A DNA stretch of 64,000 nt from an uncultured Gammaproteobacteria bacterium (GCA_964651385.1 CAZYYM010000001.1:92168-156167), one strand, 5' to 3'. Positions 42,071 to 54,643 are shown, numbered from the stretch's first letter. The notes: a model not told the origin generated them from the sequence alone. Program-made: numbers and translations.

Positions 42071-44085
42071 CCTATCACTTCGTCCAGTCCAGCATCTTCT
42101 AAGTACTCTGAATCAAGGGTGCTGCCATCGCCCTCGTTCATATCGACCAGGGCAAGATTCAGTCTTACCTTAAAACAGGAACCCTCCCCGGGCGTTGATT
42201 CAACACTAACCTCACCTTGCATTAGATCTGCGATCTTTCTGGTAATCGCTAGGCCAAGGCCTGTACCCCCATAGCGCCGGCTAATCGACTGGTCAACCTG
42301 TGAAAACGCCAGAAATAGTTTTTCTCTGGCTTCGGCATCCAGACCAATACCGGAATCTTCGACTTCAATTTGAATGCTCGCAGACCTGCTCTCGCTCATA
42401 GCGACCGATATTGCCAGTCGAACAGTTCCCGAGTCGGAGAATTTGATCGCGTTATCCAGCAATTTAAGTATCACCTGACGTATTCTTTTTTGATCGCCGC
42501 TAAAAAATCTTGGTGAATCTACTTGATACTCAAACACCAGATCGAGTTTCTTTTCTATCGCCTTGTTACGCAGAAAACCCAGACATTCCCGTCCAGTCGC
42601 CTCAAGATCGAAAGCCATCATTACCAGGTTGAGCCTGCCTGCATCCAAATTGGAATAATCGAGTATGTCATTAATAATATTCAGCAATTCCTTGCCCGAC
42701 CGGTTAATCACATTCACAAACTCTTTTTGCTCATCGTCCAGGGATGTATCTTCAAGCAACTGCGCCATACCCATAACGCCGTTCATCGGTGTCCTGATTT
42801 CATGACTCATTGTGGTCAGGAACTGGGTTTTCGCTACCGTGGCTGCCTGGGCCTGATCCAGCGACTGCTTCAACTTTTTTGTCATCTTGTTGAACGAATG
42901 GCCCAGTTCTGCAATTTCATCCCGGCCTTCTACATCGACCTGATAGTCAAGTTCGCCACCTTCAATGCGCCTCGAAGCAGCGGCCAGGCTGGATATCGGT
43001 CGTGATAAACCACGGGCAAATAAAATGGCTACCGCCACAACCAGAATCAGAAAAACCAGGCCTAAACGAAGTATCTGTCGTTGCAGCCGTAGTGCCGCCT
43101 GAAAAGCCTCGGCCTCGTCTATCTTGACTACCATGCCCCAATGTAGCCGGGGCAGATAACGCCAGGCCGCTATAACTGACTGCCCGCGGTAATCCACATA
43201 ACGGCCGCTGGATGACTCGCCTTTAATTGCCTGCTGGATGGGCAGGTATTTTCCTTTACGGGGTTCAAGATAACGTTTATAAGCTGCGTTTTCATCGTGG
43301 CGTAATGGCGAAACCAGTAGCACCTTATCGAATTCCTGTTTCCCCAGCATCACTTCGCCAGTTCTTTTCAGACCGGTATAATCTGAAGTAAAATCATAGA
43401 GAATATTTGTTTTCATTTGAATCGCGACAACTCCCAGGGGGCGGCCTTGTGCATATAGTGGAATCGCAATAAACGCGCTGTACTCATTGCCAGACGGCTC
43501 ATAAACATCGAACCCGGAAAAATTGGAACCCCGCATGGTTAGCGATAAGTCATAGGCGTACGCTATGGTAGCCGACTCGTAGGGACCATCGTAAAGATTG
43601 GTACCAAAATCACTTTTATGCTGTAGCGAAAATACAATATCCGCATCATCTGATATCAGGTAAATATCTTCAAAGTGGCGCGTGGTTTTATAATATTCGA
43701 GAAAATCGCGTATCTCAGCATCGAGTGCCCGATATTCTGTCGATTCAATACCCTGCTGAAATGCGTTCGGCAGGCGCGACAGGGCCGATCTAATCACTGG
43801 TGATTTCGCCAGCACATTGGCAAAGGATTCCTGATTGTCAAAGTACTTCTGAATTTGTAGGACCTTGTAGTCCGCAATGGTATTGACGGTATTTTCGATT
43901 TCGGTATGAATCGCCCGTTTTGATTTTTCAACCGTGATCAGGCCGGTAATAATCAATGGCACAATCGAGACCAGAACTAAAACCAGCATCAACTTGGAAC
44001 TGATTTTGGTCAAGACAGATTTCTGCAGGGATAAATTCGATTCACGAGCTGCTACGACCGGCGGGGCCGATACGGGGATATCCAT
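42067..44085 (-). CDS. Sensor histidine kinase with a periplasmic Cache-like domain (no receiver domain; orphan)
   Basis: 2 TM segments flanking an approximately 280-aa periplasmic domain. H-box [10 protein letters not shown] and HATPase motifs. Confidence 0.85.
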   Translation of the reverse strand: MDIPVSAPPVVAARESNLSLQKSVLTKISSKLMLVLVLVSIVPLIITGLITVEKSKRAIHTEIENTVNTIADYKVLQIQKYFDNQESFANVLAKSPVIRSALSRLPNAFQQGIESTEYRALDAEIRDFLEYYKTTRHFEDIYLISDDADIVFSLQHKSDFGTNLYDGPYESATIAYAYDLSLTMRGSNFSGFDVYEPSGNEYSAFIAIPLYAQGRPLGVVAIQMKTNILYDFTSDYTGLKRTGEVMLGKQEFDKVLLVSPLRHDENAAYKRYLEPRKGKYLPIQQAIKGESSSGRYVDYRGQSVIAAWRYLPRLHWGMVVKIDEAEAFQAALRLQRQILRLGLVFLILVVAVAILFARGLSRPISSLAAASRRIEGGELDYQVDVEGRDEIAELGHSFNKMTKKLKQSLDQAQAATVAKTQFLTTMSHEIRTPMNGVMGMAQLLEDTSLDDEQKEFVNVINRSGKELLNIINDILDYSNLDAGRLNLVMMAFDLEATGRECLGFLRNKAIEKKLDLVFEYQVDSPRFFSGDQKRIRQVILKLLDNAIKFSDSGTVRLAISVAMSESRSASIQIEVEDSGIGLDAEAREKLFLAFSQVDQSISRRYGGTGLGLAITRKIADLMQGEVSVESTPGEGSCFKVRLNLALVDMNEGDGSTLDSEYLEDAGLDEVIG

Positions 44086-44150
44086 ACTTATATAGCACAG
44101 TTACCGCAAATCGTTAGCGCTGTCGATAATACTGCTATCGCAATCCTGAT

Positions 44151-45596
44151 TTAACTATCAGTACCACCGACCGTAATTTCGTCTATTTTCAAGCTTGGCT
44201 GACCAACACCAACGGGTATGGTCTGACCTTCTTTACCGCATACGCCGACGCCCTGGTCGAGCGCCAGGTCGTTTCCTACCATCGATATCTTGCCCATCAC
44301 TTCGGGGCCTGAGCCGATTAAAGTCGCACCTTTAACCGGGGCACCGATTCGACCATTCTCGATCAAATAGGCCTCGGACAACGAAAATACGAAGCGACCA
44401 GAAGTAATGTCAACCTGGCCGCCGCCAAAATTGACTGCGAACAAACCTTTATCAACAGTACTGACTATTTCTGCGGGGTCGGACTCACCAGCAAGCATGT
44501 AGGTATTGGTCATGCGCGGCATCGGCAAATGGGCGAATGATTCACGTCGTCCATTCGAAGTCGACTGAGTACCCATCAGGCGCGCATTCATTTTATCCTG
44601 CATATACCCTTTGAGAATACCATTCTCGATCAGCACGGTATTTTGTGCCGCCACACCTTCGTCATCGATGCTCAATGATCCACGCCGGTCTTTAATGGTC
44701 CCATCATCCACCACCGTACAAAGAGGCGAAGCGACTTGATCGCCTATTCGATTGCTGAACGCCGAGGTCCCCTTGCGATTGAAATCGCCTTCCAGACCGT
44801 GCCCAACAGCTTCATGCAATAAAACGCCGGGCCAGCCTGGCCCAAGCACAACGGCCATCGAGCCGGCCGGTGTGGCAACTGACTCAAGATTATTGGCGGC
44901 CTGTCGAACCGCTTCACGGGCAAACCCATAGGGAAGATCAGAATCAAAAAAAACATCATAGGAGTGACGACCACCACCGCCTGAGCTGCCCTGTTCACGG
45001 CGTCCATTTTCATGCATTAATACCGTCACGTTAATACGCACCAGCGGACGAATATCGCTACCGAGCGTATTATCAGTCGCTGCTACCAGAATATGATCAA
45101 TGCCGCCTGTCAGTGAGATAATAACCTGTTCGATTCTGTCATCCAGAGAACGCGTATAGCTATCGAGTTTTTTCAGCAAATCGACCTTATCGTCCGCGCT
45201 GCGGCCGTCGACCGGATTTTTCTTCGTGTACAATGCCTTGCCGGTAGCGTTTTTTAATACCACCTGATGACTCCCCTCCTGACCCTGTCGGGCAATTGCA
45301 CGTGCATTGCTCACGGCCTGTGCTATAGCGTTGGATTGTAGATCGTCGCAGTAGGCAAACCCGGTTTTCTCTCCCGACATAGCACGAATACCAACGCCTT
45401 TTTCGATATTAAAAGATCCTTCTCGAATAATGCCATCATCCATTACCCAGGATTCCTGTTGCGTCGTCTGGAAATATAAATCGCCTGCATCAATATGCTG
45501 ACTTTGCAGTCCATCGAGGAAACTATTGAGTGTATCGATACTCAATCCGGTTGGTTGCAGTATGAGACTACTTACGGTGTCGAGTGTGGCGGGCAT
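44151..45596 (-). CDS. tldD: Metalloprotease TldD
   Basis: Colinear with E. coli TldD from MPATLDT... (start chosen by alignment). HEAVGHGLE zinc motif. Confidence 0.9.
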   Translation of the reverse strand: MPATLDTVSSLILQPTGLSIDTLNSFLDGLQSQHIDAGDLYFQTTQQESWVMDDGIIREGSFNIEKGVGIRAMSGEKTGFAYCDDLQSNAIAQAVSNARAIARQGQEGSHQVVLKNATGKALYTKKNPVDGRSADDKVDLLKKLDSYTRSLDDRIEQVIISLTGGIDHILVAATDNTLGSDIRPLVRINVTVLMHENGRREQGSSGGGGRHSYDVFFDSDLPYGFAREAVRQAANNLESVATPAGSMAVVLGPGWPGVLLHEAVGHGLEGDFNRKGTSAFSNRIGDQVASPLCTVVDDGTIKDRRGSLSIDDEGVAAQNTVLIENGILKGYMQDKMNARLMGTQSTSNGRRESFAHLPMPRMTNTYMLAGESDPAEIVSTVDKGLFAVNFGGGQVDITSGRFVFSLSEAYLIENGRIGAPVKGATLIGSGPEVMGKISMVGNDLALDQGVGVCGKEGQTIPVGVGQPSLKIDEITVGGTDS

Positions 45597-45621
45597 ATAT
45601 TTTCCTGATCGAGGTTGCGTG

Positions 45622-45978
45622 TTATTGCTCAAAGTCCGATCGTTTGCCAACGATAAGACGAATTTCATCGGCAGACTGACTACCGGATACCAAAGCTATA
45701 TAGTCTGCCGGAATACCCAGTGACACTAACCAGTCGCGTAATTCAGTCGCCCATATTTCACCGCTATCTTCACCTGGATAACGAATCAAGATACCGTAAT
45801 CGGCCGCTTTTTCCCAATAACTCACCGCAGCACGGATAGCGCCAAATTCCGCAATCACAGCGCCATTGCGCGGTCGCGACCATTCATCAGCACTGAGACT
45901 GAATATACGCAAACTGTTCGCCTGTGCCGGTAAATTCAGTAGCAATAATAATCCGACAGTTATCAACTTACTTTTCAT
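45622..45978 (-). CDS. Hypothetical small secreted protein
   Basis: 118 aa with a signal peptide. It is nested between tldD and yhdP and overlaps the yhdP stop by 11 bp. Confidence 0.45.
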   Translation of the reverse strand: MKSKLITVGLLLLLNLPAQANSLRIFSLSADEWSRPRNGAVIAEFGAIRAAVSYWEKAADYGILIRYPGEDSGEIWATELRDWLVSLGIPADYIALVSGSQSADEIRLIVGKRSDFEQ

Positions 45979-48900
45979 TGTTTCCTGACCACTTTTTTGT
46001 TTCCTTAACGACCGGCTTCGGTTTATTGATCGGAATTATTACCGGATCATCCCAGCTACCGGTCATACTGTATTCAATTTCGACCGATTCATCGATTGTT
46101 GATTTAAACAGATTTTGTAGTAACAGCAAACCCCAACCGACAGGGCTTCCTGCTATGGCACCACCTATTAATGGTAAAGCCTGTCTAACTTTGGGTACTA
46201 CGTAGATTTTTTGATCGTAATCACGATCACGCATTCCGGTTTTTCCGACGATATTAATTTTAACTGAAGGCCCATCCATTCTTGTATTTTTAGTGTACAA
46301 GCTCTGTCCGTCGAGTAGCAGATCACCTTTAATCTTGTCGAATTCGAGGCCATCGAATAACACATCGGAAAAGTCGAAGAAAAGTCGGCGCGGTAATGCA
46401 CTGAGGCTTAACAGTCCGACAAAACGGCCCGTACCGGGTTCAACGTCTTTCAATATACCATCTTCCAGTATTAGATGTCCCTTACCACTTAGAATATCCC
46501 AATTAGGATTGACGATTTCCGCGGGCCAGTCGATCTCCCCGCTAAAATTGATACTACCATTGTGAATGGTATCGCCAAAACCGAGTGCTGCGAGGGTTTG
46601 ACCGAATTCATCACCTTTGATCGAAACTTCCATATGCGAATCATTTAATCTGGTACCAGCATTATAATGCCAGTACCCACTGGATTCGAATTGAACTTTG
46701 CCGTGTTTGAACTTTAAGGAATCGATTAAAAGCGATGTGTCGTCCAGGCTGGTATCAATTTCCAGGTTGGAAACTTCTCTATCGTCGTAAGCAAATAGCT
46801 TACTGCGAAATCGCATATTGAAAAAATCATTTGGCACCCAGCTTGTTACGCTATCGGGACCAGTCCTTCGTGCAACACGCATAAAGTCCATATCGAAAAT
46901 TATCGGATCTTGAATCGTATCCCGCTTCGGGAAAAAAAATTTCCCGCCGGCCACCGACGATTCGATGGTGCCCTCAAAACCCCGGTTCGACTGTTTGAGC
47001 AGAAAGTCCGCGTTCCTGATCGAACGACCGAACAACGCAACCTCGGTGATGTTCAAGTCAACTAATTGTAACAACGGCATCAGACTAGGCGAACCGGGCC
47101 GTCGCGCCGTCTCGGTTTGATGAAAAACGATCCATTCATCGAGCGGTACCCTGGGCAAATTGCCATATAAACGTATGCCACGCATCGGTTGTGACTTCAA
47201 CGAGGCGGCAAATGCCATATCCAGGTCGGCCAGTCGAAAGTCTCCATTGTCGGCCTTTTCCAACCGGCCCCTTGCCTTCACATGCGTACCAAAATTTACT
47301 TCAAAAACAAGTTGATTGTTCGCCAACAGCTCTAAGGTGCCCGTGATGCGTCGTTTTAGGTTGGGGCTCTTACTAAAGGGTTCCGGCAGGTACATCGCAG
47401 TACCTTCCAACCCACTGACTGCGCCGATGGTTAGTATTGGATCTTTACCCGTTTGAGGTGTATTGGGTATCGCCAGATTAACTTGCCAGATGCTTTTACC
47501 ATCGAGCCCCTGGGTCAGGCTTTCCGGTAGTAAATTGAGCATTTGTTGAGTATCGAGCAGGCCGCTACCTTTAATTAAAGTCTGTTGCTTTATTGGGTCA
47601 GTTGCGATATCCACCTCGACCGGATCATTAAAATAGTAAGCCTTTAATCCTTTTGCCGATATGCTGTTGTTGTCGATCACCACCTGACCATGGGCCTGAG
47701 ACAATTGCATGCCCCAGGCTGGGGCCTTAATCGCGGTATCCTCTAAATTAACAACAACCTTGACCTGCTCGCTTAATTGATCGTCTTCGAGGGGTATATT
47801 TAACCTAATATTGGCATTAATACGCCCGGCTGGTTGTTCAAAGTTTTTCGCAATTTCACGGAAATTTTCGCCTACTGGCGAATCCAGCCAGCGTGGTAAT
47901 GCGATATCGGTTGGCGCACCCGCATCGATATCGGCAACTACCGTGGTATTGGCAAATGTGGGTAAACGAACCTTGCCGCGAACATTTTCTATGTCGGCAT
48001 AACGGGCACTGTCGAGTTCAATATCGACGCCCATATTATGAAATAGAAGACGTCCCCTGCCCTGCTTGACCATTTCCCAGCCAGGATCAAACTTCACTTC
48101 AGCATTATCAATATCGAAGCGGGCGAGTAATTCCCCGGAATTGTTTTCATCGAGCTTTTCTATAGGCTGTAGACGACCGTGAAACATGATGGCACCGTTA
48201 CTGATATCAACTGCCCGAATACTCTCGTCGAGCCAGTCTAATGCCGGTTTCGGTAGCAATTTGACCGGTAGGTATTTTGACTTTTGACTACCAACACCGT
48301 CCTCGACACCCAGGCGAAGCGACATAAACGGTGCAGTATTCAAATCGCTTTCGATCCAGAAATGACCGGCAACCTTGATATCCTGATTGATTACCTCGAC
48401 GTCCTTTAGCGAAAGCACGACTTCGTTGCCAATTAGACCGGCGTCCGCTCTGGCCGCGAATTGATCGATTTCAAACGGTGCTCTAAACTGCTCACCAAAA
48501 TCGACCGATAATTGCTCAGCAGTGAATAGAATAGAGGCTTGCTGATTGGCATAGCTCAGTTCAGCATCAATATCATTGATGCCGGGTATCAGATCCACTG
48601 CCCGGTTTTTCAAGCCTTTTACTTTAGCCATCAAATTCAAGTCAGATGGCAACTCAACGGGAAATGTCATCCAGACATCTTCGACCCTGCCCTGTACGTT
48701 ACTTTCAATGATCGAGTCTCGAAATTTGTCCGGCAGGTAAATTTTAGCCAAATTCAGGTAATCGGATATTTCCAGATCTTTTACCCAGGCCTGTACCTGT
48801 TTTCCGTTAGTACCGCGAACCAGCCTCCATTGCGAATCGATATCGGGCAGCCGATGCTGATTAATAACCAGTTCTTCTACATGATTGGTTGACTGCCAGT

Positions 48901-49810
48901 TATCATTCAACTTATCGGCCTTAAAATTAATTGAAAACTGAAACGGTATCGCCGGATCATCAAGTTTCGCCTGATAGCTGGCTTTGTTAATTTTGAGATT
49001 ACCACTGACGGCGCTGACATGATGTTCCCGCAAATCAATCCAGGCCTCGCCCGCCATATCCACGCGACGAAGATTCTCTATGGGTATGTCCAGCAATCTG
49101 GCAATCGGATTGAGTTTGAGCTGTTCAGTCTGCAGATAAATGACGCCCTTATCGCCTTCAAGTAATGATTTGAGTTTCAGAGAGCCCCCAAGGGCTTCAG
49201 GCAGATTCGCCAATAACTGCACATGCATTACCTTGTCGTGATGTTGAATGCCGGCAAATATATTGTCGATCTGGTAGACGCGCTGTTTACTTTCATCCTC
49301 GATAATCAGGCGCTTGAGTTCCAGTTGGAGGAAGTGGGGAATGTTAACCAGAAAGGCTTCAATATCGTCAGCGGCCTTGCTACCGCTACCAGCTTTCAAA
49401 GCGATATCGTTTAACCACCATCGATTATCAGCATCTTTTCTGATAACCAGCTTTTCAATACTGCCGACCACTTCATGCACAACTGGAATTCCCAAAACCA
49501 GGCTATCCCAGAGATCAAACTGAATCGACAATAGATCGACCGCAATAGGACGCCTGCGATCCGGCAAAGTAACGACTGTTTTCTCCAGTTCGAGAATCGG
49601 GTTAACACCGCTCCAGTAGCATCGTATATCTCCGAAACCGATACCCGGCGCCAGTTCTTCTGAGACCCAGGTTTCAATGTCGGCTCTAAAAAATCCGACA
49701 TTTGCCAGCGTCAGCCGTAACCCGGCGACAATAATACCGCCGAGGATTAGACACCATATCAGGGTCCTTGCGATGTATTGAATCAGGTTGATCATATATC
49801 CCGAATGCAA
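45968..49810 (-). CDS. yhdP: AsmA-like envelope protein YhdP
   Basis: 1280 aa, N-terminal TM. The tldD-yhdP-rng-maf synteny matches E. coli. Confidence 0.85.
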   Translation of the reverse strand: MHSGYMINLIQYIARTLIWCLILGGIIVAGLRLTLANVGFFRADIETWVSEELAPGIGFGDIRCYWSGVNPILELEKTVVTLPDRRRPIAVDLLSIQFDLWDSLVLGIPVVHEVVGSIEKLVIRKDADNRWWLNDIALKAGSGSKAADDIEAFLVNIPHFLQLELKRLIIEDESKQRVYQIDNIFAGIQHHDKVMHVQLLANLPEALGGSLKLKSLLEGDKGVIYLQTEQLKLNPIARLLDIPIENLRRVDMAGEAWIDLREHHVSAVSGNLKINKASYQAKLDDPAIPFQFSINFKADKLNDNWQSTNHVEELVINQHRLPDIDSQWRLVRGTNGKQVQAWVKDLEISDYLNLAKIYLPDKFRDSIIESNVQGRVEDVWMTFPVELPSDLNLMAKVKGLKNRAVDLIPGINDIDAELSYANQQASILFTAEQLSVDFGEQFRAPFEIDQFAARADAGLIGNEVVLSLKDVEVINQDIKVAGHFWIESDLNTAPFMSLRLGVEDGVGSQKSKYLPVKLLPKPALDWLDESIRAVDISNGAIMFHGRLQPIEKLDENNSGELLARFDIDNAEVKFDPGWEMVKQGRGRLLFHNMGVDIELDSARYADIENVRGKVRLPTFANTTVVADIDAGAPTDIALPRWLDSPVGENFREIAKNFEQPAGRINANIRLNIPLEDDQLSEQVKVVVNLEDTAIKAPAWGMQLSQAHGQVVIDNNSISAKGLKAYYFNDPVEVDIATDPIKQQTLIKGSGLLDTQQMLNLLPESLTQGLDGKSIWQVNLAIPNTPQTGKDPILTIGAVSGLEGTAMYLPEPFSKSPNLKRRITGTLELLANNQLVFEVNFGTHVKARGRLEKADNGDFRLADLDMAFAASLKSQPMRGIRLYGNLPRVPLDEWIVFHQTETARRPGSPSLMPLLQLVDLNITEVALFGRSIRNADFLLKQSNRGFEGTIESSVAGGKFFFPKRDTIQDPIIFDMDFMRVARRTGPDSVTSWVPNDFFNMRFRSKLFAYDDREVSNLEIDTSLDDTSLLIDSLKFKHGKVQFESSGYWHYNAGTRLNDSHMEVSIKGDEFGQTLAALGFGDTIHNGSINFSGEIDWPAEIVNPNWDILSGKGHLILEDGILKDVEPGTGRFVGLLSLSALPRRLFFDFSDVLFDGLEFDKIKGDLLLDGQSLYTKNTRMDGPSVKINIVGKTGMRDRDYDQKIYVVPKVRQALPLIGGAIAGSPVGWGLLLLQNLFKSTIDESVEIEYSMTGSWDDPVIIPINKPKPVVKETKKWSGNNEK

Positions 49811-49820
49811 TAACTATTGG

Positions 49821-51299
49821 CTAAACCGGCACAACATCGTAAGTTTCCTGTGAAAAATGTGCCTCTACTTGAAGTTTGACCGGAATTTCTATAAAGGTTT
49901 CCAGCTCAGCCAGACTGGCGGCTTCTTCATCCAGTAATCGATCGATAACATCCTGATTAGCCATCACCAGTAACTGGCTGGCCTCCTCGTAAAGCCGCGC
50001 TTCCCGCAGGATTTCCCGAAATATTTCGTAACAAACTGTTTCAGTGGTTTTATGAGAGCCCCGACCATGACAGATACGACAGGTCTCACAGAGTACGTGT
50101 TCAAGACTCTCACGCGTACGTTTTCGTGTCATTTCGACTAACCCCAAAGGAGAGACGTCACATATCTGCGTTTTGGCGTGATCTTTATCGAGATATTTTT
50201 CCAGTGAATTCAAGACCTGGCGCTTATGTTCCTCACGCTCCATGTCAATATAGTCGATAATGATAATGCCGCCGAGGTTACGCAATCTGAGTTGCCGCGC
50301 AATCGCCTGCGACGCCTCGTGGTTGGTTTTAAATATGGTTTCTTCCAGGTTTTGATGCCCGACAAAAGCACCGGTATTAATGTCTATCGTGGTCATGGCT
50401 TCGGTCTGGTCAATGATCAGATACCCGCCTGACTTTAACCCCACTTGTCGCCCCAGCGCTTTCTGGATTTCATCGTCGATATTATAAAGGTCAAACAAGG
50501 GACGTTCGCCGGGGTAGTGCGATAATCGCGCAGGCAGATCGGGAATATAGCGCTGTTTGAAACTCGCCATCTTCTGATAGGTTTCGCGCGAATCGACCTG
50601 GACGACGCTGGTTTCCTTGCCAACCATGTCACGCAAAGTTCGAATCGATAAAGGCAAATCTTCGTGGATCATGCTGCCGGGCTTAACTGATTTTGCATAT
50701 TCGGATATTGAATCCCAAAGTTTGCAGAGAAAATTGATATCCCGAAGCAATTCGTCTTCGTCGACACCTTCCGCCGCAGTGCGCACGATGCAGCCACCGT
50801 TACGATTTTCGATCAGGCATTCGGATAACAGACCACGTAATCGCTCACGCTCTTCCTCATCTTCGATTTTCACCGAAATTCCTATCATCGAGGAATTCGG
50901 CATATACACCAGGTACCTTGAAGGTACCGAAATACTGGTTGTTAGCCGAGCGCCTTTGGTGCCGATAGGGTCCTTGACCACCTGCACCAACAACGTTTGC
51001 CCTTCGCGTAACAATTCATTAATGGCAAGGCGTGGCTTACCATTTTGGGAGTCGTCGCTTTCCTCACCGGTATGAATATCGGAAACATGCAAAAAACCAG
51101 CCTTTTCAAGACCTATGTCGATGAACGCGGCTTCCATGCCAGGTAATACTCGATTGACCTTACCTTTATATATATTACCGACAATGCCACGACTACTCTG
51201 ACGCTCGATGCAGACTTCCTGCAAAGCGCCATTTTCGACGATAGCAACCCTTGTTTCCTGCGGGGTGATATTGACCAGAATTTCTTCGTTTATACTCAT
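49821..51299 (-). CDS. rng: Ribonuclease G
   Basis: 492 aa. S1 domain and the RNase E/G catalytic core. Confidence 0.9.
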   Translation of the reverse strand: MSINEEILVNITPQETRVAIVENGALQEVCIERQSSRGIVGNIYKGKVNRVLPGMEAAFIDIGLEKAGFLHVSDIHTGEESDDSQNGKPRLAINELLREGQTLLVQVVKDPIGTKGARLTTSISVPSRYLVYMPNSSMIGISVKIEDEEERERLRGLLSECLIENRNGGCIVRTAAEGVDEDELLRDINFLCKLWDSISEYAKSVKPGSMIHEDLPLSIRTLRDMVGKETSVVQVDSRETYQKMASFKQRYIPDLPARLSHYPGERPLFDLYNIDDEIQKALGRQVGLKSGGYLIIDQTEAMTTIDINTGAFVGHQNLEETIFKTNHEASQAIARQLRLRNLGGIIIIDYIDMEREEHKRQVLNSLEKYLDKDHAKTQICDVSPLGLVEMTRKRTRESLEHVLCETCRICHGRGSHKTTETVCYEIFREILREARLYEEASQLLVMANQDVIDRLLDEEAASLAELETFIEIPVKLQVEAHFSQETYDVVPV

Positions 51300-51304
51300 A
51301 CTTC

Positions 51305-51877
51305 CTATACCGATATTCCGGACTCTTTTAAAAGCTCGGCCGTTTCATAAATGGGCAGCCCCATGACCGCTGAATAACTACCTTGGATGTACTTGATAAA
51401 AATCGCAGCTTTACCCTGTATTGCGTAAGCACCTGCCTTATCCATCGGTTCGTTGCAGGCACAATATTCTTCTATCTCAAGATCCGATAACGGTCTGAAA
51501 CAAACCCGGTTGACAGACAATCTGCATTCGATTCTATTGTTTATGGCCAAAGCCACCGCACTCAGTACCTGGTGTTCACGTCCCGATAATTTTGAAAGAA
51601 TATTTCGACAATGCGAGTGATCAACCGGTTTCCCGATAATATTATCATCTAACGTAACGATAGTATCGGCGCCGAGTACTGCGGAAGAAAACCATCCCGC
51701 AGCTAATGCTTCGACACCGGCTTGCGCCTTGCTTTTAGCCAGGCGTATAACGTAGTTTCGAGCGGATTCAGCAGCATGCAGCGACTCGTCTATATTGACA
51801 GGCATTACCTCAAAATGGAGATTAATTTGTCGTAAAAGTTCCGCTCTTCTAGGTGAGCCTGATGCCAGATAAATCAT
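51305..51877 (-). CDS. maf: Maf-like nucleoside triphosphate pyrophosphatase
   Basis: The start MIYLASGSPRR was chosen by alignment to YhdE/Maf. Confidence 0.85.
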   Translation of the reverse strand: MIYLASGSPRRAELLRQINLHFEVMPVNIDESLHAAESARNYVIRLAKSKAQAGVEALAAGWFSSAVLGADTIVTLDDNIIGKPVDHSHCRNILSKLSGREHQVLSAVALAINNRIECRLSVNRVCFRPLSDLEIEEYCACNEPMDKAGAYAIQGKAAIFIKYIQGSYSAVMGLPIYETAELLKESGISV

Positions 51878-51931
51878 ATCCTTATGATAGCTGAATACTA
51901 TTAACTGTGACTTAACTGTCACTGCATTTAA

Positions 51932-52402
51932 TTATTCCCGATGGTAGGGATGACCCTGGCAAATGCTCCAGGCGCGATAGATTTGCTCGACTAATACCAC
52001 GCGTACCAAAGCATGTGGCATCGTCATACAACCAAAGGAAACACGCTGACTACAAATTTGAAGAATATCAGCTGATAACCCATCCGGACCACCAATAATA
52101 AAATTGACTCTAGGATATCCCTGCATCCAGTGACGTAATTGAGTCGACCAGTCCCGGCTCGTCCAGTGCCTACCATTTTCGTCGAGTGCCAGATTAAAAT
52201 GACCCGGCAGTAGCTTTTGTTTTATTTGTCTGGCTTCCTTTTGTTTAAAATTATCGACCGAATCCCGACCTTTTCGTTGCGCCAGAGGCAGCGTTGTCCA
52301 TTGCAAAGCTAATTCACGGGGCAGACGTTTGACATAGTCGGCGCAAGCTGTATCTACCCAATGCGGCATTTTCTGGCCGATACTAATGATTTGTAATTGC
52401 AT
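51932..52402 (-). CDS. rlmH: 23S rRNA (pseudouridine1915-N3)-methyltransferase
   Basis: 156 aa, SPOUT fold. The rsfS-rlmH pairing is conserved. Confidence 0.85.
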   Translation of the reverse strand: MQLQIISIGQKMPHWVDTACADYVKRLPRELALQWTTLPLAQRKGRDSVDNFKQKEARQIKQKLLPGHFNLALDENGRHWTSRDWSTQLRHWMQGYPRVNFIIGGPDGLSADILQICSQRVSFGCMTMPHALVRVVLVEQIYRAWSICQGHPYHRE

Positions 52403-52783
52403 TTATTCTTCAAATTGTGACACGGTAGAAGTAATTGATGCTTCGCGCCAGAGTTTCTCCAGATCATAAAACAGACGTGTATCCGGTAGCATCACATGGA
52501 CAATGACATCACCTAAATCAACCAGTACCCATTCCCCGACCGACTCACCCTCGACACCGACCGGTGGTATACCCGCCGTCTTTGCAGCTTCAATGACGGA
52601 TCCGGCAATCGAATTGACGTGACGCCTGGAATTTCCACTGGCGAAGATCATAATATCGGTGAAACTGGCCCGGTCGCGTACATCCAGTACCACAATATTG
52701 TCGGCCTTGAGGTCGGCAAGTGCAGTCAATACGAATTTTTTAATCGATTTAGACTGCAATGTAATAGTCTTGGGCTCACTCAC
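52403..52783 (-). CDS. rsfS: Ribosomal silencing factor
   Basis: 126 aa, YbeB/Iojap family. Confidence 0.85.
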   Translation of the reverse strand: MSEPKTITLQSKSIKKFVLTALADLKADNIVVLDVRDRASFTDIMIFASGNSRRHVNSIAGSVIEAAKTAGIPPVGVEGESVGEWVLVDLGDVIVHVMLPDTRLFYDLEKLWREASITSTVSQFEE

Positions 52784-53405
52784 GATTTATCTCATAAAGT
52801 TGGTGTTGATTGATATAGTCAAACACGGTCGATGGCACGCAATCCTCGACCGATTCTCCGCCTGAAAGTAGTCGGCGGACTTCGGTTGACGAACAGGGAT
52901 TTTCATCAATATCGAGTGCTAAAATGTAACCGCTGGCAGCAGACAGCAATAAATCCGGATCGTCAATCTGATGTTCGCGATATATATTGTAGTCAAACAC
53001 AGAACCCGGGCGGCGGCATACTACCAGATGCGCGAGCTTTAATATCACTTCGGCAGACTGCCAGCTTTGAAAAGTATTAAATGCGTCGGCTCCAAGCAGT
53101 AAACACAGACTGCTCTGAGGATGTTGCGAATGAATCAGATGCAAACTATCGACCGTATACGAAGGGCCCGCACGATCCAGTTCGACGCTGTTTATTTGCC
53201 AGTGCGGCTGATCAGATAGAGCCCTTTGCAACATGCCTAATCGGTGTCTTGCCGCAATTACTGGCGGTCCACGATGAACCGGATTTGCACAGGGCATAAA
53301 CTGAATCAGATTAAGCGCCAATCGGCCCTGTACCTGTTCAGCCAGACGCAGATGACCATTGTGAACGGGATCGAAGGTACCGCCAAAAATGCCGACCCTG
53401 TTCAA
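52776..53405 (-). CDS. nadD: Nicotinate-nucleotide adenylyltransferase
   Basis: [11 protein letters not shown] motif. Confidence 0.9.
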   Translation of the reverse strand: MNRVGIFGGTFDPVHNGHLRLAEQVQGRLALNLIQFMPCANPVHRGPPVIAARHRLGMLQRALSDQPHWQINSVELDRAGPSYTVDSLHLIHSQHPQSSLCLLLGADAFNTFQSWQSAEVILKLAHLVVCRRPGSVFDYNIYREHQIDDPDLLLSAASGYILALDIDENPCSSTEVRRLLSGGESVEDCVPSTVFDYINQHQLYEINRE

Positions 53406-54643
53406 GATCGAATATGCCCGTCCCCGAGAACGATGTACTTTTGTGAAGTCAATCCTTCCAGCCCTACCGGGCCTCGGGCGTGCAATTTATCAGTGCTGAT
53501 GCCAATCTCAGCACCCAGGCCATACTCGAACCCATCCGCAAAAGCGGTCGATGCGTTCACCATTACCGAGCTGGAATCAACGCGGCGCAAAAATTCTCGC
53601 GCCCGGGTAAAATCTTCGGTTACAATAGCATCGGTATGTTGAGAACCATACCGATTGATATGGGCTATTGCCTGCTCCATGTTTTCGACAACCTTGATTG
53701 ATAATATTGCCGCAAGATATTCTGTATACCAGTCCTCTTCGGTAGCTGGTGTCATATTATTATTGCTGATTTGACGGGCTCGTTCGCATCCACGTAATTC
53801 AACCTGTTTAGCGAGTAATTCGTTTTCAATTTCCGGCAATATGGACTCGGCGATTTCATTAGCAATCAACAAGGTTTCCAGGGCATTACACACACCGTAA
53901 CGCCGGGTTTTGGCATTAACCGCTATTTTCAAGGCCTTTTCGGGATCAGCTTTGTCGTCAATATAGACATGACAAACTCCATCGAGGTGTTTGATTACCG
54001 GGATTTTCGATTCATTGGTAATTCGCTCGATCAGTGATTTCCCACCACGGGGAATTATAACATCGATATACTTCGATAGTCTTAACATCTGTCCAACCGC
54101 TTTTCGATCGACAGTATTAACCACCTGCACCGCATGCGACGGTAGCCCGGCTTCGACCAGACCCTCCTGAATGCAATGGTGAATAGCCTGGTTAGAACGT
54201 ATTGCTTCTTTGCCGCCACGCAATATACTGGCGTTTCCCGATTTCAGGCAAAGCGCTGCCGCATCGATTGTGACGTTTGGCCGGGATTCGTAAATAATAC
54301 CGATCACACCCAGTGGAACGCGCATCCTGCCGATTTGTATACCGCTGGGACGGTATTTCAGGTCGCTGATCTCACCAACGGGATCGGCAAGTTCGGCGAC
54401 CTGTTGCAAGCCTTCAACCATCGTATCGATTCTGGCGTCGCTTAAATGCAGTCGATCCAGCATCGCGTCACTGAGACTATCGGCTTTACCCTGCCGCATA
54501 TCGTGCTCGTTTTCGCGCTTAATCATGCCACGCTGCAAACTCAATTTAGCGGCAATAGCGCTTAGCCCGGCATTTTTACTCTGCGAGTCGAGATAAGCCA
54601 GATGCTGCGATGCCCCCCGCGCGCGCCGACCCAGTTGCTTCAT
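53402..54643 (-). CDS. proA: Gamma-glutamyl phosphate reductase
   Basis: Colinear with ProA from MKQLG... The start was chosen by alignment. Confidence 0.9.
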   Translation of the reverse strand: MKQLGRRARGASQHLAYLDSQSKNAGLSAIAAKLSLQRGMIKRENEHDMRQGKADSLSDAMLDRLHLSDARIDTMVEGLQQVAELADPVGEISDLKYRPSGIQIGRMRVPLGVIGIIYESRPNVTIDAAALCLKSGNASILRGGKEAIRSNQAIHHCIQEGLVEAGLPSHAVQVVNTVDRKAVGQMLRLSKYIDVIIPRGGKSLIERITNESKIPVIKHLDGVCHVYIDDKADPEKALKIAVNAKTRRYGVCNALETLLIANEIAESILPEIENELLAKQVELRGCERARQISNNNMTPATEEDWYTEYLAAILSIKVVENMEQAIAHINRYGSQHTDAIVTEDFTRAREFLRRVDSSSVMVNASTAFADGFEYGLGAEIGISTDKLHARGPVGLEGLTSQKYIVLGDGHIRS

